DNA from: a virus
Taxonomy: Duplodnaviria > Caudoviricetes
Length of the DNA: 46,448 nt
Virus record (IMG/VR): IMGVR_UViG_3300010376_000054
Span: 1 to 46,448 of that record
Direction: 5' to 3' (one strand)
Numbering within the stretch: the first letter of the stretch is position 1; the number at the start of each line of letters is the position of its first letter. The notes beneath the pieces were generated by a model, which made no database searches, was not told the DNA's origin, and worked only from the letters and a program-made list of their open reading frames with translations. This document shows, piece by piece, positions 1-7,381 of the stretch. The position numbers and the translations under genes were made by a program.

Positions 1-1636
1 CGCTATTATACTTCTGCCTAACAATTTGTAATTCTCCCCATATTGCTCGCGCCATCGCTTTGTGTAAACTTGCGGCACATCCTTGAATGAAATAAGCCAC
101 AACTTTATATGCATCCGAAGGATTACCAGAGTAAATATGACCAAAAGGATCTTTAACATAACCTTTTCTTGCTAATTCGTTACTAACTATTATTTGAAGT
201 TTTTTAATTGCGGGACAAGCTTTGTGGATTTGTTCGAAGATGCGTTTAGCATCTGCGACAGGCATTCTATTAGTTCGTGCAAACTTTGCGGCTCCCATTC
301 CAAAGTTAAGTGCCAACTTAACGGTTTTGAATTGCTTATAGATACTCCAAGCAGGGTTGGCTGATGAGGGAATGGAATCCAGTTCGTTTCTCCCCCTAGT
401 TCCTCCGACAATTTGATTACACAACCAGACATACTCATTGTAGTCCGTATTAGCTTCGTATTCTTTTCTTCGTTTAACATCGTCACTAGCCCATATATGT
501 ATAACGTTTTCGATTTGAGTAGCATCAATCCACACTCCCAAATATCCCGGTGGAACTAACTGGATTTTTTTGCTGGATTTATTCTGATTTTGAAAGTTGA
601 TCCCATAACGACTTGACGAGAGAAACCTCCGCGTTCTAGCACCTGAGAGAGTATAGCCTTTACAAATCTTCCCGCTTCCCCTTGCACGGTAAGCTCGACG
701 GCTTGCAAGTCTTCTAAGTTCGAAGAGTAAAGACCTCCGGTAAGCTCGAAGGTAGCCAAGTTGTTTGTCAATGTCTCTAGCTTCAAAACAGCATCTGGCG
801 AGTCTGGATTTGTCATTCTTAGGGTTATCTAAATCTAACAGAGTTAACAAATCATCCTTGCGTAGTATGTAGTTTCCTTTATCACTAACTTTCAAATCAT
901 AATCTTCTGCTAATACTCCAGCAACTTGTTTAGTAGAGATGGCGTTATCGACTTTATTCCGGCTAATCTTGCTTGCTTTAAGTATCCATTTAGCCTTGCT
1001 TTCCTCAAGGTTAGCAATCTCTTTCTTGATTTGCGCCAGATTAACATATTCTCCTGCTTCTATCATTTCATGTAGAACTTCTCCCATCGGTAACTCCAAA
1101 CCATTGTACGCTTGCTAATGATATTCTTCTTTCCGTACAATTGGATAATACATTCTGAACAAGCGAACGGTTTGCGTAACGTCATAAAGACAGTACTGTT
1201 CCAAAATTTCGACGGGAGCTTGATAGATAGACTTACCATTGTGGGAGCACCATGCATGTAATCGTCTTTCCGGTTCATGGGGATCTCCAAAATAGTACCA
1301 GTTAACAAACTTGAGTCCATAAGCGGGAAGCTGTGGACTACAAGTCTTTACCATAAGAAATGCATCATGACGGTTAACAGGACACACAGTAAAACCAAAA
1401 CGGCCAAGAACAATATCATCAAAATTAATATTGTTATATCCAACTTTTGTCCATTCTGGTGAACCGACGATATCTTTAAAGGTTTTTCTTTCACTCTTAC
1501 TCGACAAGTTAACTAATTGAGGAGTGGAGTCCATTCCGATTTGATAGCCCAACATGTGAAGGTTAGCATAGCTAGCCCACTTGCTATCGGTTTCTATATC
1601 ATAGAATATTATTTTATCCGACATGTAACTTAGCAC
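1..1636 (-). CDS. polA: Family A DNA polymerase (3'-5' exonuclease plus polymerase), truncated by the window edge, with one in-frame TAG at 1115-1117
   Basis: ORF 1115..1636 has ExoI YDIET, ExoII YNNINFDD and ExoIII YCLYD. Translated by hand, the same frame stays open past the TAG to base 1: LELPMGEVLHEMIEAG, GARTRRFLSSS...NFQN, motif A WIDATQIE, motif B KQFKTVKLALNFGMG, GYVKDPFG, AYFIQGCAA. Confidence 0.93.
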
Positions 1637-1817
1637 CTAACATGCTTTCAACTTGCTGGAATTTCATAATCACATCCAACGCATGATTACGATGGTAGAA
1701 TATAGTATTAGTCCACGTTCTGCCATTATACCGGACAAAGTATCTTTCATGTGATTCCCTGATATACCACTTCCGTTTAAAGTCTGGAGGGAATCGCCGT
1801 GAAAATGCTACTATCAT
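1614..1817 (-). CDS. Hypothetical protein (67 aa)
   Basis: Fills the gap between neighbours; ATGA overlap with the upstream gene. Confidence 0.65.
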   Translation of the reverse strand: MIVAFSRRFPPDFKRKWYIRESHERYFVRYNGRTWTNTIFYHRNHALDVIMKFQQVESMLGAKLHVG

Positions 1818-2137
1818 TTCTTGTTAGGATCTTGAAAGATCTTTAGAAAAATTTCTTTAGCAGCTTTCTGTGCTTGCGGTGGAGGCACAGCACCTTTAGG
1901 CACTATTATAGGCGAAGGTGGATTAGCTTTACGTCTCCGTAACTCAGCGATCATACATCCGGTGAAGAATGGATTTACTAGCATAGGTAATTCCATCTGG
2001 TGGAATAGTTTAAGCGTATCCTGATTGCTAAAGTTAATACCTATCTGACCATTGTCCAAGTTAACTTGCATTGTTAGTATGCCTAACTCATTATCTGTAG
2101 GTTCCAACTGAGTTACATTATCATTATTTTCACTCAT
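1814..2137 (-). CDS. Hypothetical protein (107 aa)
   Basis: AAGGAG upstream of the ATG; tight packing with neighbours. Confidence 0.75.
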   Translation of the reverse strand: MSENNDNVTQLEPTDNELGILTMQVNLDNGQIGINFSNQDTLKLFHQMELPMLVNPFFTGCMIAELRRRKANPPSPIIVPKGAVPPPQAQKAAKEIFLKIFQDPNKK

Positions 2138-2158
2138 CTTCTTCTCCTTTAACTCATG

Positions 2159-2632
2159 TTAAATATAAGGTTGCCAATCAAATTTGATAGCTGGATCTAT
2201 GCGTGCAGTTAATCCATCTAGTTTTGCCGCAGCTAATATTACCGCACTAATATCGACAGCAATATTTGGATCAAAAAGAGCAGCAGCAGGATCATAAGAA
2301 ATCCAGCATTCTCTAACGATGTTCCCCACATAAGTCCACTTCGTCCCGACTAGGGTTTTAAGCTTTGTCTTACCTCGACCTGTTAACAATTCAGCAGCCA
2401 TCCATCCAAATCCTATAATTGTCCAAGGATCGACCCAATAGCGTTCATGATGTTTTCTGCTCGCTTCAAGATCACTTCGTCTCTCTTTCGCAGTACTTCG
2501 AGGTGTACTGTCATAACAATATCCGAGTCTGTATAAATGTCGGTGTAATGAGTATCGTCCAAGTAAGTAACGTAAGAATTTCTCACCGTCAGTTTCATAG
2601 CTTTGCTTTTGCCCTAACAGCAAGTATAACAT
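2159..2632 (-). CDS. Degenerate uracil-DNA glycosylase-fold protein (type found next to or fused with phage PolA)
   Basis: IIGFGWMAAELLTG...LVGTKW...ISYDPAAAL matches the family-4-like UDG pattern IVxLGxxAxxxLLG...RGxW...TYHPAA, with His replaced by Asp. Confidence 0.6.
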   Translation of the reverse strand: MLYLLLGQKQSYETDGEKFLRYLLGRYSLHRHLYRLGYCYDSTPRSTAKERRSDLEASRKHHERYWVDPWTIIGFGWMAAELLTGRGKTKLKTLVGTKWTYVGNIVRECWISYDPAAALFDPNIAVDISAVILAAAKLDGLTARIDPAIKFDWQPYI

Positions 2633-2637
2633 AGCTG

Positions 2638-3114
2638 TTAACTAAATGTCCATCTTAAATTTCTAGGATTAAACATTATCATATCTCCTTTACCTACATC
2701 TTGTCTAACAATTAAAGGTCCGTCTATCACTTTACGGTTATAGTCATAGACTCTGTATCCGGCAATCGAAACAGAATACTCTTCCTTCCACATAGGAAAA
2801 GCTATCGGTTCTAGATTCTCAATTGTCCACTGACCTTCCTCAATATCGAAATAAGGATCTGATAACATCTTTAACTTAACCCTACCTAGTTCAGTAATTT
2901 CCTTTCCTTCCCTATCTAACAAAATTATCTCATGATGCTCCTTGAGCATCACTTTTTCCATCTTCTCAGTTACCCAATTATCTAACTCTGTAGACTCTTC
3001 CTTAACATCCTGAAGCAGTCGAGGTTTCTGCCGTAACATCCATTTAGGTAGTGTTAGTGTAATAGCACTAACCGCACTCATTAATATAAACTGCCGTCTA
3101 TCAACGTTGTTCAT
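2638..3114 (-). CDS. Tat-signal protein whose C-terminal domain is paralogous to the 134-aa fibre subunit at 19467..19871
   Basis: N-terminal DRRQFIL plus a hydrophobic stretch; C-terminal GKGDMIMFNPRNLRWT aligns by eye with SSGDVFQFTATNLTIT. Confidence 0.65.
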   Translation of the reverse strand: MNNVDRRQFILMSAVSAITLTLPKWMLRQKPRLLQDVKEESTELDNWVTEKMEKVMLKEHHEIILLDREGKEITELGRVKLKMLSDPYFDIEEGQWTIENLEPIAFPMWKEEYSVSIAGYRVYDYNRKVIDGPLIVRQDVGKGDMIMFNPRNLRWTFS

Positions 3115-3241
3115 TGTCCTTGGCTATCTTTTTAAGTAACTCTAACAATTCCACATGCTTGTCGTATAACTTTTTGGTGTAATCTTCCATCAAGTTAACA
3201 CGCTTCTCCAATTTATCTATTCGTCTTACTAATGCATCCAT
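3101..3241 (-). CDS. Small coiled-coil protein (46 aa), not in the ORF track
   Basis: Hand translation MDALVRRIDKLEKRVNLMEDYTKKLYDKHVELLELLKKIAKDNEQR; heptad pattern; fills the gap. Confidence 0.65.
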   Translation of the reverse strand: MDALVRRIDKLEKRVNLMEDYTKKLYDKHVELLELLKKIAKDNEQR

Positions 3242-3329
3242 AAAAGCATCCTAGCCGCAGCAGCTTGTCTGAATCCTTGCTATGCCTACGCTAAACTACG
3301 GCTAGGAGTTCCTTTCTAAGGGAAAGTTT

Positions 3330-3704
3330 CTAAGAATTATCTAACTCTGAAAAGAAATTTTCTTTTCTATCCTTAGCTTTTAACCTACTAATCTGAACTT
3401 GTACTGCATTTTTGGATCTATGAGTAAGTTTGCAATACTGTTCTATTTTCTCAGGATCATCCCAAATCTTTCGTAATCGTGTATTCTCTTGATCTGACCA
3501 TCCTTCCTTTCTAACTCTACTTTTAGTTTCAGTTACAGTAGTAACAGTTTCCTCTTCCTCACTTTCCTCTTCGTCTAGCTTATCGTCTAGCTTATCTTCC
3601 AATACTTCTGGAGATAACTTCTCTTCCTTGATTGTTTGAGTTAACTCTTTCACTGCTTGTGTTAACTCAACTATAGCTTCGACTAGTTCTATTTGTTGTT
3701 GCAT
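3330..3704 (-). CDS. Coiled-coil protein with an acidic linker and a C-terminal Myb/SANT-like HTH
   Basis: WSDQENTRLRKIW...HRSKNAVQVQISRL fits the WTxEExxxL...RSxxAVxxRxxxL pattern. Confidence 0.6.
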   Translation of the reverse strand: MQQQIELVEAIVELTQAVKELTQTIKEEKLSPEVLEDKLDDKLDEEESEEEETVTTVTETKSRVRKEGWSDQENTRLRKIWDDPEKIEQYCKLTHRSKNAVQVQISRLKAKDRKENFFSELDNS

Positions 3705-3713
3705 AAAAGATTT

Positions 3714-3785
3714 GGACTCCGTTATCTGATGTATTGTTGTGAATCGGGTCTTCCCTTCTAATAGTTAACATCAGTAACGGAGTCC
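3714..3785. other. Long intergenic inverted repeat (structured RNA or terminator-like element)
   Basis: GGACTCCGTTA(T)CTGATGT at 3714-3732 pairs with ACATCAGTAACGGAGTCC at 3768-3785. Confidence 0.7.
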
Positions 3786-3799
3786 CAGTTTAACATAGG

Positions 3800-4348
3800 T
3801 TAAAATGGATTCGCTTCAAGCCATTCTCGGCACGCAACAATATTCTCATTGTCATCGTCTAACGTACCGTCTACCTGTGCGTTAACAAATCCAGCTTGCT
3901 TCCCTGCGGTGACTCTCAGCACTACTCCCGGTTGCTGCTCAGAAATCTCGGTCAGCATTTCATCGTTAACTTCTTCTGGATCGTAACCTAATTTACCCAG
4001 CATTCGTTTAAGAAACACTGGTCCCCACTCATCGGGAGTCTTCCAGTCTGATCCCATCATACGGAAGAAAACAAAATGTTTCCTCCCTAGTAGATCAGGA
4101 CGTGCAATTACAAACGTCGCCCTGATACTAATACCAGCGGCATTAGCTTGCTGTAATTCCAAATCGTAAAGGATAGCCTCATACTTCCCCGGTTCTAACG
4201 TGGAATACTGTTTAGCTTCTTTGATGATTTGAAAGACATAACTTCTTGGGTCTTCCGTTGGTTGGGAATAATCATCATCCGTTTGCTGACGCTGGGGAGG
4301 ACGACTAATTTTACTTGCGGGTTTTCCTACTATTTTCTTTGGAGGCAT
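3800..4348 (-). CDS. Single-stranded DNA-binding protein (DUF669-like); probable start MPPKK at 4348
   Basis: YSTLEPGKYEAIL...FLKRMLGKLG, C-terminal NPF; sits directly after the Sak4-like ATPase, the usual pairing. Confidence 0.7.
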   Translation of the reverse strand: MPPKKIVGKPASKISRPPQRQQTDDDYSQPTEDPRSYVFQIIKEAKQYSTLEPGKYEAILYDLELQQANAAGISIRATFVIARPDLLGRKHFVFFRMMGSDWKTPDEWGPVFLKRMLGKLGYDPEEVNDEMLTEISEQQPGVVLRVTAGKQAGFVNAQVDGTLDDDNENIVACREWLEANPF

Positions 4349-5345
4349 ATTGTTGTTGCTTTGTTTTTGTTGTTGTAGGTGCGTTAAATGGATGACCGTT
4401 ATCATCATCCGCTTCTGGCGGTTTAGCTTTTTCTTCTCTAACTATCTTATCTGTTCGTTGTGGAGGTTCATCCTGTTCTGGTTCATTATCGTTTCCATGA
4501 AGTGTCTTCAAATAGAAATCTTCTGCTGCTTGTCCAGCTTGTGGATTCTTGGCAAAGAAATCCTGCCACTGTAACCAAGCTGCATCTAACTGTCTGGTAG
4601 TAGGAGGCGCGACTATATATTTGTTAGGCAAGAGGATGTTACGAATCCGCGTCCCTGCCATTATCTCATTTGTCCCGTCAAAGCTAATAATTCGATCTCT
4701 GTCTCGAAGAGTTTTTCTTCGTCGTCCGAATAAACCGTTAATAATAACATCGCTTTGGGCATGGATAAACTTCTGTATACCACTTGGTAGGGAGGTTTCC
4801 CTGCGGAACTGCTCTTGACCAAATCGATCCTTTTGCCAACTCTCTTTGATATGAGTCGTGCAAGCGATACCAACTCCAAGCTTAACGATTCTATTGTAAA
4901 ATCGTCGAAATGGTGAAGTCTGAAGCATATCCCATCCGGTCCACTCAACCTCGCTAGGATGTTGGACTCCCGCTCTTTTGCATTCATAATCAGTACATAG
5001 TTTGGTTGCGTTGTCTACTGTGTCAATAACAATGAAATCATAGGGATTGTATGCCTCCAGTGCATCTACTACTTCCAATGCCGTAGCATACTTAATCCCT
5101 TCCTCATCCTCTGCTGGTCCTCTATCCTTAATAGCCACGTCCCAACCTGTTATTACTATCTTATGGCATTCGGCGAACATGTGTCCTTCCTCGAATGCTA
5201 ACAGTAAGCAGTTAGGGACTCCGGTAAACAGAGTTGTCTTCCCCCATTTCGGAGGAGCCATTATTAGATACTTCAACCTGTTAGGTTGAATATTTCCTTT
5301 GTGTACTCTATCGGGAAAATATTGTTTAGCAGTTTCTTCGTCCAT
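4311..5345 (-). CDS. Sak4-like AAA_24 recombinase/ATPase
   Basis: Walker A APPKWGKTT, Walker B IVIDTVD, GWDML, TTH, SDVI. Confidence 0.85.
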   Translation of the reverse strand: MDEETAKQYFPDRVHKGNIQPNRLKYLIMAPPKWGKTTLFTGVPNCLLLAFEEGHMFAECHKIVITGWDVAIKDRGPAEDEEGIKYATALEVVDALEAYNPYDFIVIDTVDNATKLCTDYECKRAGVQHPSEVEWTGWDMLQTSPFRRFYNRIVKLGVGIACTTHIKESWQKDRFGQEQFRRETSLPSGIQKFIHAQSDVIINGLFGRRRKTLRDRDRIISFDGTNEIMAGTRIRNILLPNKYIVAPPTTRQLDAAWLQWQDFFAKNPQAGQAAEDFYLKTLHGNDNEPEQDEPPQRTDKIVREEKAKPPEADDDNGHPFNAPTTTKTKQQQYASKENSRKTRK

Positions 5346-5356
5346 TTTAACTTATG

Positions 5357-6172
5357 TTAAGTTTTGAGATATGGTCCCCCTGCCGGATAAGGATAGTCCT
5401 TTAAGGCAGGATAAGAAAAAGTTAGTCTGGCAATCTTCTCACCTTTAGTAAAAAGATTGAACGCTCTGAATAACATCGCACCCAAAGCGTATCTCTGTGT
5501 TCTAGTGTTAGTGACAGGTGCTATAGATGATACGATCTTTTCCCGGCATTGATAAATAGGACTGTCAATAGACAGATCTACTCCTTTCAAAAATCCATTC
5601 ATGAATACATCACCTTTCTTAGTTGAGCATAGTCCCATCCAATATAGACTAGCGACAATGACTCCACTTCTGGCAAACTTGAAAGGAGCACATTCTACTT
5701 GGTAAGCTTTCAAATCTGGATGCATCTGTAAGGTATTGGATATCTCTTCATTTTGAACTATATCTCTCCCACTAGAACTTACAGCTTTACGTTCAATTTG
5801 GTAAAGATGTTTAGCAGCCGAAGCTAGACTGTTAACATTTGTATAACCCTCAATTGCTAATACATCAGCAGCAGTTCTAGGTTTTCCTGAATCGATTACC
5901 TTGAATATGTCACTATCCAATCCACGAATGACCAGACATTGAACGGATTTGTTTGATTCCACTACTGCTAACAGTCTGTGCTGTCCATCTATCAAATCCC
6001 CATTGCCGTTGAACTTGATAGCCTCTCCAGTTAACTTGTACTGACCTTTGTTGATAGCATCGATTAAACGTAATACTCTGAGACGAGTAACGGGTCGATT
6101 GCTTTTATTCAATAATAGCCACTCCCGAGCGGTAGCAGGGGATATAGTTTCTACTTTGGTTTCCATTTTCAT
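5357..6172 (-). CDS. Phage ParB/Srx-like N-terminal domain protein
   Basis: ETISPATAREWL...NRPV...GEAIKF...LIDGQHRLLAVV...IDSGKPRT. Confidence 0.85.
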   Translation of the reverse strand: MKMETKVETISPATAREWLLLNKSNRPVTRLRVLRLIDAINKGQYKLTGEAIKFNGNGDLIDGQHRLLAVVESNKSVQCLVIRGLDSDIFKVIDSGKPRTAADVLAIEGYTNVNSLASAAKHLYQIERKAVSSSGRDIVQNEEISNTLQMHPDLKAYQVECAPFKFARSGVIVASLYWMGLCSTKKGDVFMNGFLKGVDLSIDSPIYQCREKIVSSIAPVTNTRTQRYALGAMLFRAFNLFTKGEKIARLTFSYPALKDYPYPAGGPYLKT

Positions 6173-6210
6173 ACTGTTGTTGTTGTTGCATTGTTTTATC
6201 TCCTGAAATT

Positions 6211-7233
6211 TTACTTTGTTAGTTCTGCGTGTTTGAACGGCATTGCTATGTATTCATTAGCGAAATCATCGAAGTTGTTCTGACATAGTTCCAGAAACTC
6301 ACAAGGTTTGTTGTAGACGTGACAGTGATCTGTGTTAGCAGTCAGGAATTGTGCATTAATATCGTCGTCTGATATTTGCTGTTCTTCAAATTCTCTTGGA
6401 GTTAGCTGCGACAAACCCGATACAGTTTTAAATCCGAATAGCAATGGCTTGAGGGTATATTTCTCGAATCTAGCCAAAGTGGATTTATCTATAGGTAGCC
6501 GAAATCGTTTAAAGTATTTCTCTGGCTCTATTTGCATGTTAAGTTCTATCCGCTTAATAAACTCTTCTACAGATTCCTGCTTTTTAACACTTCTCCGTTC
6601 CAAAGGTTTCTTGAGAGCATTGACGTATACTCCTGCCGGATACTGTTTTGATATCTTCCAATATAGCCACGCATAGAAAAGAAATTGAAAGCGAAATTGC
6701 CAACCCAGTACGAGGGATTCGTTAATATCATAGGTTGTCTTATGATCCAATATAAAGATACCATCTTTCTTTGATGGTCGAAACACCATGTCCAATTTAC
6801 CTCGTAGCCGAAAACCTTCATAGTTATATTCCACTTCCTGTTCTGTTGCCTCTACTACCATCTTAGCATCTTCGCTATCCCAATACTTAATATAGCGATC
6901 AAACATTACTTCCAGCAGCATCTGCCAGTATCGGTGATCATCTGTCTGATCAGGACGCAAGATAACATCATCCTCAAATTCAAAAGCCGGAATCTGGCAC
7001 TCTTTAGCGTATTGATCTTTGTAGTATCTGTCCAACATTTGGTGCATGGCATGACCAAATAACAAGGCCCAACTAAATGAACCTTTTTTCTTGAACATCC
7101 TGACGTATCGGAAATACCACTTGCGAACACAGTTAGCTCGCAACATTATCTCAGATTGAGTTAGTCCTTGGCCTAACGACACTTTAACTTCTGTTAAAAT
7201 GTTCTCAGTTATTATGGTATTCCGTAACATCAT
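6211..7233 (-). CDS. PD-(D/E)XK (RecB/Cas4-like) exonuclease; start may be the GTG at 7182
   Basis: CVRKWYFRY, FGHAMH, EQEV, RGKLD, ILDHKT, QFLFY, C-terminal CHVYNKPCEFLELC. Confidence 0.88.
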   Translation of the reverse strand: MMLRNTIITENILTEVKVSLGQGLTQSEIMLRANCVRKWYFRYVRMFKKKGSFSWALLFGHAMHQMLDRYYKDQYAKECQIPAFEFEDDVILRPDQTDDHRYWQMLLEVMFDRYIKYWDSEDAKMVVEATEQEVEYNYEGFRLRGKLDMVFRPSKKDGIFILDHKTTYDINESLVLGWQFRFQFLFYAWLYWKISKQYPAGVYVNALKKPLERRSVKKQESVEEFIKRIELNMQIEPEKYFKRFRLPIDKSTLARFEKYTLKPLLFGFKTVSGLSQLTPREFEEQQISDDDINAQFLTANTDHCHVYNKPCEFLELCQNNFDDFANEYIAMPFKHAELTK

Positions 7234-7381
7234 TTCTCTCCGCGAACTTGTTAATAAAGTCGTTGATCAGTTTTGATATGTTGTATCCATTACGGTCACA
7301 CCACCGTTGTATTAACAAAAAGTTTCTCACGTTATCTTTGTTAATGCGAATGGATGTTACTAATGTTTTCGTTGAGCGCAT
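7205..7381 (-). CDS. Ribbon-helix-helix-like DNA-binding protein (58 aa), not in the ORF track
   Basis: Hand translation MRSTKTLVTSIRINKDNVRNFLLIQRWCDRNGYNISKLINDFINKFAERNDVTEYHNN: strand TSIRI, helix ending in NG, then xSxLI helix. Confidence 0.7.
   Translation of the reverse strand: MRSTKTLVTSIRINKDNVRNFLLIQRWCDRNGYNISKLINDFINKFAERNDVTEYHNN

Noticed and set aside
6211-7233. Cas4 as a sign of a CRISPR-Cas system
   Set aside because: No other cas genes or array; the Sak4/SSB context marks it as a phage recombination exonuclease.
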